DNA of 64,000 bases, taken from the NCBI RefSeq assembly GCF_036971445.1, contig NC_091475.1, positions 55,800,001 through 55,864,000 on the forward strand, in the 5' to 3' direction. A program made the translations under genes and the position numbers. Under the pieces are notes generated by a model that saw nothing but the letters and a program-made list of their open reading frames with translations, had not been told where the DNA came from and ran no database searches. Below are positions 35,826-48,264 of the stretch, in pieces; the first letter of the stretch is position 1; the number at the start of each line of letters is the position of its first letter. This DNA comes from Narcine bancroftii. Taxonomy: Eukaryota.

Positions 35826-37150
35826 AGAGGAAATGCTCCCAGTTTGACCGTCTCCGCTGCATCTGTTCCCATAATGAGGCTTTCATTCCAGGACATCTGA
35901 GTTGTCCTCCTCCTTCGGTAAATGTGATTTCCCCTCCATTGCAGTTTTCACTATATCTCCTCCATTTCCCACACATATGCCCTCATTTTACCCTCCCCCC
36001 ATCCCGACATAACAAGCATAGGGTTCCACTCATTCTCACCTATCCCCCGCATCAGCCTCCGCCTCCCACGCATAATTCTCTGTAATTTCCACCACGTCCA
36101 ACAGGGTCCCATCTCCAGACACATCCTCTTCTTCCCTCCCCTCTCTTCTTTCCCTGGTGTTTACCCCTCTGCCACTCCCTTGTCCTCTTATCATTTCTCA
36201 CTCATTGTCCTGGCACATCCCTGAGACCATACCAACAGCTAAACCTGTATTTCATCTCCTCCCTCACCACCATACAGTCCTTCCAAGTGAAGGAACACTT
36301 CACTTGAATCTATAGTGGTCATTTACTGCATCCACTGCTCCCAGTCCAGCCTCCACTGTATTGGGGAGACCACGCGCAGATTGGCCAAATCCCTTCATTG
36401 ACTACCCTCACTCGGTTCTCCACAACAGCCAACATTTCCCAAAGGTCAACCACTTTAATTTCACATCGCAGCATGTCTGCCCATGGCCTGCTGTGCTGCC
36501 AGAATGAGCACGTCATTTCCAACCAGACAGCATCAACACGGATTTCTCCACTTTCCATTAACCTTCTCTACATCGGAGATACTGGGCACAGATTGGGAGA
36601 TTGCTTCGATGAGCACCTTCACTCCATCCGCACCAGTGACAGAGACCTCCCAGGGCCCAACCATTTCAGTTCTGTATCACACTCTCACACTCACATGTCT
36701 GTCCATGGCCTTGTGTACTGTCCCACCAAGACCACCTGCAAATTGAAGGAACAACACCTGATTTTACGTCTGGACACTCTCCAGCCGGATGGCATTAACA
36801 TCGACTTCTCTGGTTTCTGCTAACCTGCTCTCTTCTTCCCCTTTCCCCTTCCCCCCCCTTTCAGTTCTCTTCCCTCCCTTCCCCCCTTCACCCAGGCATT
36901 CCTCCTCTTGATTGCTCCTGGCCCCTCCGTCCCTTCTCCACCTATCACCTCCTTCTTTGCAACCATCCCCCCCCCACACTTTTGCTTGGATGCCTGCCGA
37001 CACTTTTCCTCACCTCAATAAAGGGCTCAAGACTGAAACGTCACTTCTGTATTTTTACCTTTGCTATATAAAGTGCACTGTTAGACCTGCTGCGTTTCTC
37101 CAGCTTTGTGTTTTTACTTCAAACACGATGTCTGCAGATTTTTGTGTTTT
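35826..37150 (+). mobile_element. Penelope-like element 3' region, partial tandem (two GIY-YIG remnants) plus pLTR
   Basis: RLRCICSH, RVPLILTY, VIYCIHCS..CIGET, then LYIGDTGHRLGDCFDEHL..KEQHLILRLDTLQPDGINIDFS. Confidence 0.9.
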
Positions 37151-38171
37151 ACTCCTCCCTTGTTTTCTCAAACCCCCTCCTCTCACCTTGCTTTCCCCAA
37201 TTTATTTGACCCATTCCTTCTTCTCCTTTTCTTCTCTTTCTCCTTTCCTTTCTTGCCTCCCTTCCTTTTGATCCAAGGTTCCTCAGCCCTTTCCTTCAAT
37301 CCACTTACTCCTGCCCCTTTCTCACCTGTATTTACCAGCCAAGACGCCAACATGCAGTCCTGCCCCTCCATCTATTTGGGGCATCTGCCTTTCTTTTGGT
37401 CATCTTGATGCTGGGTCTTGATCCAAAGCATTGATCGTCTTTTGCCTTCCATGGATGCTGCCTGACCTGCTGAGTTCCTTCATTGTTTTATGTGTTTCTC
37501 AAAGCACTTCTGGGGAATTTGCCCTGAGGTGCTCAGAACCATGCCTGCAGGTCACAGCTGGCTTACATCAGGACATTATCACTGGGGTTATCACTTAACA
37601 TAAGCATCTGTGCACAGCAAGCCACTCTCAGAAAATATTGGGGCCATTATCCTTAATGACTGGCTTCACTACACAACAAGCAGGAACTGTAACAACAGCC
37701 TCCCATGCTGCTCTGGAAATGGACCACTATCACCAGTTTAGTTTCTTAGGCAGATCCACTGAACAATCGTTAGCGGCACAAACTGCTTGGATGTGTGTTA
37801 TCAGTTCATCTGTTGTAACCATTATTTTGCCGTCCAGGTTGCCTCGTACAATTTAAATAAAGTTTGCAAAGGAGGCAAATGAGCTTTGGTGGCGTTAAAC
37901 AGTTGACAATATCTTGGAACATTAGAAATGAATTGGGGTAGAAGTGCAATGGACCTCTATGGTGTAGGTGGACTAGCCCTTAAAAAGGGTTAAGTAAGTG
38001 AACTTGCCAAAAGAAATTGGATTTATTTCTAGAGGTGCAAAGATTTGTATTAAACATATTGGATGTGGGACAAGTTCAGATGGAATCTTGTGGGCAGCTC
38101 AGGCCTCTGTCTAATTGTGAAAGTGTGTATTAGAAAAAAAAATTTCAAGAACCTGCACCACAGTTTACTTT

Positions 38172-38390
38172 GTGGTTAGCGCAACACTATTACAGAATCA
38201 ACGACCCGGATTTGAAGCCGGAGTCTGTCATGAATTTGTATGTTCTTCTCCACGATCTGCGTGGGCTTCCTCCAGGTGCTCAGGGTACCTCCACTGTCCA
38301 AATATGTGCGGGGTTTGGAGATTAATGACCGAATTCGAGTACTTGGTGGGCTGGAAGGGCCTATTTACTATGCTGTATCTCTGAAATAAT
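38172..38390 (+). mobile_element. tRNA-derived SINE, diverged
   Basis: gtggttagcgcaacactattacag..gtctgc core..ggctggaagggcc. Confidence 0.75.
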
Positions 38391-38794
38391 TTAAAAAAAA
38401 TTAGTACCTGAACTGAGCAATTGGAAAACATTGAATAGGAAGAGCCTTTTTGTTTACCAAAAAGAACATTTAGAGGTCGTGTGATAGAGATCCTTAAAAT
38501 TATAAATAGCTTGGAAAGGGTATTTCCATGCAAAAGAACACAGAGAAAGGCACCAAAAATATGAGATCATAGTTCATGATAGCAACATATTCATTCATCC
38601 TGAGGGCAGTTAGAATGTGAAACTTAAGATCAAAAGAAGTTGAGGCAATTCCTTTGATACTTTCTGAAGATTACATTGTGAATGAAATGGAGAAAAATAA
38701 AACAACAAAATGCTGAAAGGTTGAAATGATGGAGATGGAAGGGGTGGAGACACATGCACTAATCAATCACATGACCTGTTTTGCATAAATCTGA

Positions 38795-39310
38795 AGATTC
38801 AATTTATTGTCATGTAATAAAAACAGTGCCATATTACATGAAATTGCCTTTTGACTGCGGTAAGTCAGACAGATTCGCCATCGGCAAATACTGCCTGAAG
38901 CACTTCTTACAGTCAGAGAAAGAGAAGCAAAAGAGAGTCGTTTCACCGCCCCCCCCCCCCCCCCCCAGAGTATCCATGCATTTTCCTCCAGTACTTCCGC
39001 AGCCTCTGCAGCCACACGGAGTCTTGTCCAAACCATCGGCAACTCAAGCTCCAGATCTGAACCTCTGCTAGGCCAACAGCCCACAGCCTGCATGGGGTCC
39101 CTTGCCTCGAGTCACAAACAGCCTACAGCTGCAGTGCCCCTCGCTGGTCCATCGCCAGGGTCAACATCCCACAGGGTCATCTCCTTCTCAGAAGTGGACG
39201 GTCTCCCTGTTTCCTGGTGCCCTGAGCCAGTCCTCCGCTTCCTTGGAGTCTGCAAACCTCTCGTGGCTGCTGCCAATCAGAGGTGCCACCATCTTGAGTC
39301 CTGCCGTTAC
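38795..39310 (-). mobile_element. non-coding retroposon with Rex1-like 3' tail
   Basis: reverse-complement similarity to 59221-59937; tail catgacaataaattgaatc. Confidence 0.65.
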
Positions 39311-40189
39311 AGCAGCTCCTGTAGTGCTGCCATTTCAACTGCACAAGTAGAAAATGGAAAGGAGCCCCTTCCCTTCATGTGCAATGGAGGTAAAACATCC
39401 ATTGGAGTCTCCTTAAACAAGATAGATAAGAGCAATCCCAGGAAAATGGGCTACAAGGCAGAGCCAGATGCAAGTGAGGACTGTGCACACTTGCAGGGAC
39501 AATATTGCCTCTGTGGAAAATCTCAGCACCACAACTTCACTGCTGAATGCAAGTCTTGTTGAGGAAAGGTCAATGATTCCCAATAAAGTTATGTTGCCAG
39601 CCTTTGCTTTACAGTGGTAAATGGTATCACTGAGCATTATTTTGCAGTTTCACACTGGGCATATGTATACTTGGAATAATGATCTATTGCTTTTGATTAC
39701 TAGAGTATTTTCCATTGTACTCTCCATGCACTGAGACACAATTAGATTCAGTGGACATCTTTCCCACCCCTATCTCACCCACCTTATACACAAGGCACAG
39801 TAAGGAGGGTTGGTCGTGTGTGAGAAATTGGTGAGAGGGGTTTGTTCACTAAAACTAATTGTGAATGCTTATTTCTGTTACTTTGTCAGATGATTGTGAG
39901 GTCTTGGGTGGTAACCTGCTTAAAATTGGACAATGCCTATTTTAACCCATGAGAATTAATAAGAAGCATGCATCTGCTTTACTGGCATGTCTGTCTTGCT
40001 TGAAATGAGCGTGGTCCCATTAAATTCAGGCCCGTCACTGTTTTACATTTTTAAAACATTTATTTTTTTTTGTTGGATTACATTAGAACAATCTTTTAAT
40101 TTTTCTCCTGAAAAATTAATCATGTGATTAATCAAATGATAATACAATTGGAATGATTGCCTATAAACTAGATGGCCACAGATCTAATC

Positions 40190-40660
40190 CCAGGCCACCC
40201 AATACTTGAGGACACCTTCTAGATATTTAAATACACCACATCTACCTGCTCTCCTCTGTCCACTGTGCTTGTTGTATCCTCAGAAAACTCCAGTGAGTTA
40301 GTTGAACATAGCCCACCCTTCCTGAATCCATGCTGCATCAGCCTGATGGAACAATTTCTGTCCAGATGTCTTGTTATTTCTCACTCAATCTTAAGCTAAA
40401 TTGTTTGCAGTTACCTGCCGTTTGTCTTCATTTTTTTTTATATAAATAGTGGTGTTATATTTGCTGCATTGCAATCCTGCAGGGCCTGCTCAGAGTCCAG
40501 AGATGGTCCTCCAGCATTTCTTTTAGTACCCTGTAATGCATTCCATCAAGACCAGAGTACTAATCTACCTTTAGGCCTACAAGTTTTTCCACTAACTGCC
40601 TCTTTAGTGATAGCTATTGTATTGTGGTTTTCACCTTCCATTGTCTTTTTGGCATGTGAC
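40190..40660 (-). mobile_element. old CR1 RT fragment
   Basis: aatccatgctg (QHGF) and tacaccacatctacc (VDVVY) reverse motifs. Confidence 0.7.
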
Positions 40661-40713
40661 CCATATGAAGATTAACAGTACCACCCACTCAACCTAACCA
40701 TTACCCAGTCCCA

Positions 40714-41226
40714 CCACACACATATACATACACACGGAGACATGTATAGACACACACATACATATACACACACATGTATAGACATACACAGAAATATATA
40801 GACACATGTATAGACACACACATAGACATATAGACACACATGTATAGACACACATGTATAGACACATAGACATATATAGACACACACACAGACATATATA
40901 GACATGCACACATGTATAGACAAACCAGACATGTATACACACATATAGACACACACTTAAAGACACAAACACACATATAGACACACACACATGTACATAT
41001 AGACACACACACATATAGACACACACACAGAAATGTATATATATCACACACACGATTACACACACATTCACACAAAACACAGACACGTAAACACACAGAC
41101 ACAAAACACACACACACACATGGAGACATGTATAGACACACACATGTGGACACATGTATATATACACACATACTACATACGAACATGTATGTGTCACACA
41201 CACACACACATACACGATTACACATA
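40714..41226. repeat. (CA)n/TAGACA low-complexity satellite
   Basis: direct reading. Confidence 0.95.
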
Positions 41227-42269
41227 CGTGCGCAGAAACTAAAATAAAAAGATAAAAATACTCATCTGGTCAGGCAGCATCTGTAGAAAGAGGATAAAGT
41301 TCACGACTTAGGACACAGAACTTCAGAGTGATGAAGGGGCACAGAAGTGAAATATTAATTGATTCCCCTTCCATAGATGCTGCCTGACCTGCTGAGCTTG
41401 CAGAGTTTCCAATTTCCACCATCTGCAGTTCCCCCCCCACCCCACCTCCCTCACACAAGAAGAAACAAACATCATCTTTGCAGCTCATCATGGCCATGTA
41501 TTATATTGAAAGTGGGTATCATGGTCCACTGCTGCCTTTGGTAAAGGTATGATACACATGTAAGGGGTGAGTAACGGAGGGATAAAGGAGAGATCAGGAT
41601 CTCGGAGAATGATTTTATGTTCTGTTGCACTCATTGTCAAGATTAATTACGACAGAAGGTGGGGGGAGAAAATCAAGCACATTAGCAAACCAGGTGTGTG
41701 CAAGTTGTTTTGGCCAGTTTTGGTTGTACTTTCAGTTATTTTTTACATTTCATGTTCTAGCCAATGTGAAAATATTTAAATAACTACCTGGTAAAAATCT
41801 TCAGCTTTATATCTGCATTGCTTCAAGCTAATATACAGCAGAGCTTTTATAGAGTAGCAGGCCTTGCATTTCCACATAATATTTACAGCACATTTGAGTA
41901 CTGCATTTATGGATTTCTTCTCAATAGTTTGAAATATTGTTGAGATGTTGCAAGGTTCACAGCCTGCAACTCATGCTGGAATCAGAACAGAGCTTGCATT
42001 ATTCAACTCAGCTGTGTTATGACACTTTGATGTGTAATGTTAACAGAGCATTAACATTTTCAATTATAAGTCACAGTGAATGTGCACACCAGTGAAGAAT
42101 GAATTTGCATAAGAAGGTAATGAAAAAACTCTACAATGTTGTGTGAAGGCATGGTGCAGTCCAGCAATAGATGTGGAACATTTGATAGGTGAGATTTTGC
42201 AAGAAGCAATCAAAAAATATCAATCTGGTTCATGGTAAACTTGATCATTTTTTTGGAAGCAGGCCCTTC

Positions 42270-42740
42270 TCTCCTCAATCTTTGGCTTCAGGGGAAGTGC
42301 GGAAAGACTGGAAAGCGGCTAATATTGTGCTGTCAGTTGGAATGGGCAGCAAGGGCAAACCAAGAACTGCAGATTAATAGTGGGTAAGTTGCTGAGGGGA
42401 TTCTGAAGTCTGCAAGACGCTGTGATTGCATGAGACCACAGCAATGCTGGAGGAACTCAGCCGGTCTCGTAGCATCCAGAGGAGGTAAAGATATGCTCCT
42501 GACATTTCGGGCCTGAGCCCTTCCTGACAGGGTGGGATCTACCAGCACTGGGGTCAGCAGGGATTGATGAGAGGTGATCAACCTGGCTTTGTGTGTTGAG
42601 TCTCATGAGTCTGATAGGGTTTTTTTTTTGAAGAGGTGACAAAATGGAGGGAAAGATTTGCAAGGCAGGCTAATCTGCAAGGAGAGTTGGATGAAGTGAT
42701 CAATTGGATTCAAAATTAGCTTTGTGAGGCCAGGATGTCT
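42270..42740 (+). mobile_element. CR1 RT fragment interrupted by a Penelope pLTR remnant (about 42405-42530)
   Basis: SLASGEVRKDWKAANIV; insert ctggaggaactcagc..catttcgggcctgagccctt. Confidence 0.7.
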
Positions 42741-42797
42741 GTAAAGAAGGTGATGTCTTAATCAAACATATATTCGACTATTTACACTTGATACACT

Positions 42798-43135
42798 ATG
42801 ATGTGCTGTTAGACAGAAGCAAGCACACAAAACGGAAGAGATTGTACAACAGGCTTTAATCGACAAAGACATCCCCAGAGCAGGGCTGGCTGTGCTGCTT
42901 TAAACTCTGAGTGCGTCTTCGGAGGGCCGGCTCAGGCTTATATCCTGGAGGGTGATTGACACCTGACCGGGTGGGACTTGATACATTAGGTCGGCTGATT
43001 GACAGCTGGCCAGGTGCTGTCCTGTCCCCCTTACACTCCTGCAGGTACAGAGGTTGCACCCTGCAGTAGGCCAGCGGTACACTCCTGTAGGTACAGAGGT
43101 TGCCCCCTGCAGTAGGCCGGTGGTGTACCACCACA
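42798..43135 (-). mobile_element. solo LTR with internal 46-bp tandem duplication
   Basis: TG..CA, reverse ATTAAA, flanked by tacac copies (left one offset by 2 nt); end resembles 43863-44035. Confidence 0.8.
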
Positions 43136-43139
43136 TACA

Positions 43140-43710
43140 CATCTCTCTATTCCTTACATATCATGTGTCTGTCTAGAAGCCTCTTAAATGCTACTATTGC
43201 ATTTTTTTCCACTGTTATCTACAACAGCCCATTCCAAGTTCCTACCATCCTCTGTGTACAAAATGTTGCCCCTCATATTTCCTTTAAACTTCCCCCAACT
43301 CATTTTAAACAAGGGGACTCTTGAGTGAGAGATTTTTACACTGGAAGGAAGATTCTGACTGTCTACCCTATCCATGGCTCCCTTCAGCCAAGGGTAGGAA
43401 AAAAGTGAATGTTCACAGTCTTTTTCCCAGGGCTGGCAATTCTAAAATTTGAGAGCATTGGTTTAAGACGAGAAGGGAGAGATTAAATGGGAGGCAATGT
43501 TTTCAATCAGAGGGTGGTTTGTATGTTGAGAAAACTGCCAGAGGAAGCTATAGAAGTGGGTACACTGACAATGTTCAAAAGACATTTGTACAGAATATTG
43601 GATTGGAAAAGTTTTGAAGTATATGGACCATAGGGGACTATCCCAGAATGCTGACTTGGTCGGCAATGAAAAGTCAGGCCAAAGGGACTCTTTCATGCTG
43701 CGACTCTGTC
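43140..43710. mobile_element. two CR1 3' fragments back to back (43140-43380 minus, 43385-43710 plus)
   Basis: MDRVDSQNL.. on minus; acagtctttttcccagg..tttcaatcagagggtggt on plus. Confidence 0.75.
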
Positions 43711-43862
43711 TCGATCCTGCTGAATCTATACAAATGTCTAAGACTGTCAACCATCTCATTCTCTTTCTCGGGAGTTCATATTTGAAGAGAGTCATTTTCA
43801 TTGGCAATGAGGGGGGAAAGAAACCATGAGCCGCTGGGTAGAAGCCATCCCAAAATGAGCAA

Positions 43863-44035
43863 TGATGTGCCATCAATAATCACAACAGATTGAGTTGTGC
43901 AACTATCAGGCTTTTATTAACTATAGACTGGAACAGCCATCGAAGCAGAGTGGAATGAGGCTATGGATAGGATCAGTCTCAAGAGATGTGTCCATCCGGC
44001 AGCAGCCAATCATAGCATAACAGTGGATTACCACA
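43863..44035 (-). mobile_element. solo LTR
   Basis: TG..CA, reverse AATAAA, TSD agcaa/agtaa. Confidence 0.8.
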
Positions 44036-45069
44036 AGTAAACAATAACAATTCCATCATCACCATCTGTCTGAAGTGAAAATTGTCTTCAGAAAATCAAA
44101 TCTGGTAGCTCTCGATGTCCTAACATCAGAATCAATCTTGTCTCCTCCCATCCGTGATCTTTAATGTAACAATATCTTTTGACTCTTGTCATAAAGCTCC
44201 AAGAAATTTCTTGCCACATTTAAATATGGGATTAAAAGGTTGCATCCCTTCAGGTTGAAAGGAGTTTGACTCACTCATTTGTCTGATTTCCTTCACGTCA
44301 CCCCATGGATACAGAATCATTTTAAGTGAACTGATCTTGCAAATGCAAGCAAGGTCAATTCACCTCAATCATTGCATTCAACTAAAACTGCAACAGCATT
44401 GAATTATCAGCCCCGACATTTTCAGTAAATAAGGCATTTTAAATCTATCTGCACAGATTAAAGCTGAAGGAATAGCTATGGAAATGTGGAAATAATTCTC
44501 TTTCGCTGCCACGGCAGTGTAAATTCATGCATAAAAGACAAATCTGTACACTTAAGCAAAATTCACCATTTGATGGATGCCTCGTGGAATAATCTATTGG
44601 AATTATTGCAGAATGAATTTAACTGAAATCAAGTTACCATCAAACGTTACTTAATAGCTATAAATGTAATTAAATATTAAACTGTGATGGTTGCTCATGT
44701 GAGCCACAAACCTCAAATTATAGAAGCCCTGTAGATAAATCTGAACAAAGGAAATTGGTAGTTGAAGTTAAAAATAGTTGCTGATTTTCTTTAAACCTGC
44801 AAATACAGAGGGTTACATGATTTTTTTTTAAATGTTGAGCTGGGAAGACAGCGCATGGGGTAAGACTAAAACAGTAGATGTGTTTTTTTTTTCTCTCTCT
44901 GAGCAATGCCCTCTGATCTTCCTCAATATTGTGCTGCAGAGCAGTTCCTATCATCTCTGACATTTCCCCGTATTGCACGTGGGTGGCTCAAACGGCGACG
45001 GCTCAAACGAAAGAAACCGCAATGAATTTTATCAGATTATCATGCTACACTGATTCTGCTTTCATTTCA

Positions 45070-45285
45070 ATGGTTAGTGTTAGCAGAGCAGTTAGCAATC
45101 AGGACCAGGGTTCGAATCCCATGCTGTCTGGAAGGAGTTTGTACGTTCTCCCCGTGTGTGTGTGGGTTTTCCCCGGGGGCTCTGGTTTCCTCCAACTGTT
45201 TGAAACGTACTGGGGGTTGTAGACCAATTGGATCTAAATGGCCTGTTTCCGTGCTGTATGTCTAAATTTAAATTTAAATTTAAAA
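45070..45285 (+). mobile_element. tRNA-derived SINE
   Basis: B-box gggttcgaatccc, core ggagtttgtacgttctccccgtg, (TTTAAA)3 tail. Confidence 0.9.
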
Positions 45286-46019
45286 ACATTAAAAAATAGG
45301 TCGCACAAAACCAGAGACTTATTGAACTTTGCTTTCCGATCTGTGACTTTTTATCCCTTATTGAGGTCTGAGTCTATCAATATTCAATTGCATTTCTATG
45401 TTTTCAATGGAAGAAAAAAATAATAATTTGAATGCATTTGTACATAAGATTACACTGTGCGGAGTACTTGAGAAGGCAAAGGCAGTGGAAGAAAAGGCAT
45501 GTGTGAGAGAGAGAAATCAAATGGTTTATCAGTGTCACTGGTTCCAATGCTTTTGTTACTCACTCCAAGGTATTTCAGCATGTTGCATTTGACACACATA
45601 AAGTAATAAGGTGGCATAATTGCACCAATAAGATTTCCATTTTCCTAGACTACATCTTAAAAAAAAGTAAGTTTTAGTTAAGTGATAGACTATACCAGAG
45701 CATAGAAATGTTTCCAAATTCTCCTGCACAGTGCTAGCCTCTTCCCATTTTAGGGGCCAATTCAACCTCCAATTTTACTGTACAAGGAATTAATTTCAGT
45801 ACAACTCACACCCAGCTCAGCCAATTGGCAAGTATGGCAGGCTATGCTTTGCCCATGCTCACTTGTAGAAAACAGAGCAGGGAGCAAATGACTGTTCCTG
45901 TTGCAGTATTGATCTGAGGTCATAATGCCATTTGTTGACCATAAGCAGGAATCTCCTTGATTTTCGACATTCCTGACAGAGGCCCAAAACATTGACTACT
46001 TTTTGCTTCCTCTGGATGC

Positions 46020-46680
46020 TATGTGATATGTTGAGTCTCTTCAGAACTTCTGTGTCAGTTTTGTATCCAATTTGCCATCTCTCCTCGGATCCCATTTATC
46101 CTCAATGTCTGCACTAGCCGACCATGTGGGACTTTGTTAAATGCCTTCCTAAAGCCGATGTAGACCATGTCAGTCACCCTGCCCTCATTAATTTTCCTGA
46201 TCATTTGCTCAAACTGAATCTAATTTGTGAGACAAATTTCCCATGATCAAAGATAACTCTCCCTAATCCAAGTGCAAATAGTCGGAGACTTTCCCACCAG
46301 TGTAAGGCTCACCGGCCTGCAACTCCCTGGCTTGTCCTTGCACCTCTTCTTAAATAAAGGCACAACCTTGCCCATCTTCCAGGTACCTTACTCACGGCTA
46401 ACAAAGATACAAAACTGTGTCAGAGCTCCAACCCTCCACTCCCTTACTTCCAACAATGTCGAGACGTTTATAATCACTGCACTCTCCATTGAACTCATTC
46501 TCCAAGATAAAGAAGATGATAGTGTTCATTTAAGACCTCACCCATGTCCTTTGGCTCCACACATGGACTACCATACTGATCCTTAAGGGGTCTTTCTCTC
46601 TCTCCATTTACTCATTTGCTCTTCATATTGAATCTTTCAGGATTCTCTTTTACGTTTTCTGCTGTCTTTAACTCATGTTC
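46020..46680 (-). mobile_element. old CR1 RT fragment
   Basis: gccttcctaaagccgatgtagacc (VYIGFRKA reverse) and tgtaaggctcaccggcctg (RPVSLT reverse). Confidence 0.75.
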
Positions 46681-47160
46681 ACTTTTTGCCCTCAATTTTC
46701 TTCATGAGTGTGCACCAGCATCCCCTTAGGGGATTTGTTTTATCCCAGATTCTGATAAGTCTGATAGTGAGTGAGCAGCATCTGAAGAATTTCATCTCTA
46801 CAATGAAGTCCCTATCCCAAATGCAAAGAGTCAAGTTGCCTGCCGCCAAACCCACCATGAAATAATTGACAAACAACAAGTTGGCATAGTACTCTTGCAT
46901 AACTCAACTGTTCCCACCGTAGTACAGCAACTCTCCCAGAACATTGGATGTCTGCTCGGGCACAAGGTAACCTTGGCTCCAGAGATCAGTTGGGGCTATT
47001 TGAGCAAAAGCAGAAGATTCTTAGAAGGACCTATTATTTCACCACATGCATCATCTTCCAGAATATGGCAAGCAGGCTAAATAACAATTCCTTGGACTGG
47101 AAGCCTCCTGAAGCATACTTCACTTTGAACCAAGGATAATCTCTTAAGTTGTGGTCACTT

Positions 47161-47634
47161 ACAACCTCATCTTACAACCTCACTAGACCATTGCAACCTC
47201 ACTAGACCATTACAACCTCATCTTACAACCTCACTAGACCATTGCAATCTCACTAGACCATTACAACTTCATCTTACAACCTGACTAGACCATTGCAACC
47301 TCATCTTACAACCTCACTAGACCATTACAACCTCACTAGACCATTACAACCTCATCTTACAACCTCACTAGACCATTGCAATCTCACTAGACCATTACAA
47401 CCTCATCTTACAACCTCACTAGACCATTGCAACCTCACTAGACCATTACAACCTCATCTTACAACCTCACTAGACCATTGCAATCTCACTAGACCATTAC
47501 AACTTCATCTTACAACCTGACTAGACCATTGCAACCTCATCTTACAACCTCACTAGACCATTACAACCTCATCTTACAAACTCAATGCACCATTACAACT
47601 TCAAATTAGAACCTCACTACACCATTACAACCTC
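47161..47634. repeat. minisatellite with 51-bp higher-order unit (13+19+19 bp)
   Basis: acaacctcatctt plus two copies of (a/g)caacctcactagaccatt. Confidence 0.97.
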
Positions 47635-48264
47635 ATATTCTGCATCTCATTGGAGGAGATCATTCATTCCACACCAGCTCTCAGACCAAGCCCATTGATC
47701 CCATTTCTGCACTATTTGTCCCTTACATGCCCATCAAATCCATCCTGGTGATCTTGCACCCATTGATTTTGTGGGTGACTTACAGCAGCCAAGTAAACTA
47801 CCAACTGGCATATTTTAGGGATTTGGGGGAAAAAATAAAGCATCTCAGAGAATCTCAGATATGAAATAGGAATATGCGAACTCTAGCACCAGAGGTCAGG
47901 ATGGAAGTTGAGTCGCTGGAATGTGAGGCAGTAGCACTACCTGCTGCCTTACCTGATGCTCACCATCGCGTGGACTCAGCCATGAGTGGTCACTGCACAG
48001 CATCTGAGAATGGGGGAAGAGGAAATGCAGCAATGCAGGTTTAACGGCACAAGGCCTTGTCTAAACACAGCCAGTTTGGTCATGCGTTTGATTGCTTTGG
48101 ACTTCAAACCTCAGGTGATAATGCAATATAACTCATGGAACAACACCGGATTCATCATGACGGTCATCCACAAGAGGTAATCCAATCACCTTGCCTTGGC
48201 TTTCAACAGCATAGCCAATACCTCATGTCAGAAAAGAGCACCGACTAGACCTCAGCACGTGATT

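Noticed and set aside
40672-41242. Cys/Val-rich ORFs
   Set aside because: Translations of a CA-rich microsatellite.
46740-47140. Plus-strand exon
   Set aside because: Acceptor-like site and long frame are present, but parts together with 48000-48130 (RLIALDFK) resemble an old LINE RT; unresolved.
47161-47634. CRISPR-like array or repeat protein ORF 47293-47520
   Set aside because: Pure tandem repeat; the ORF is a by-product of the 51-bp period.
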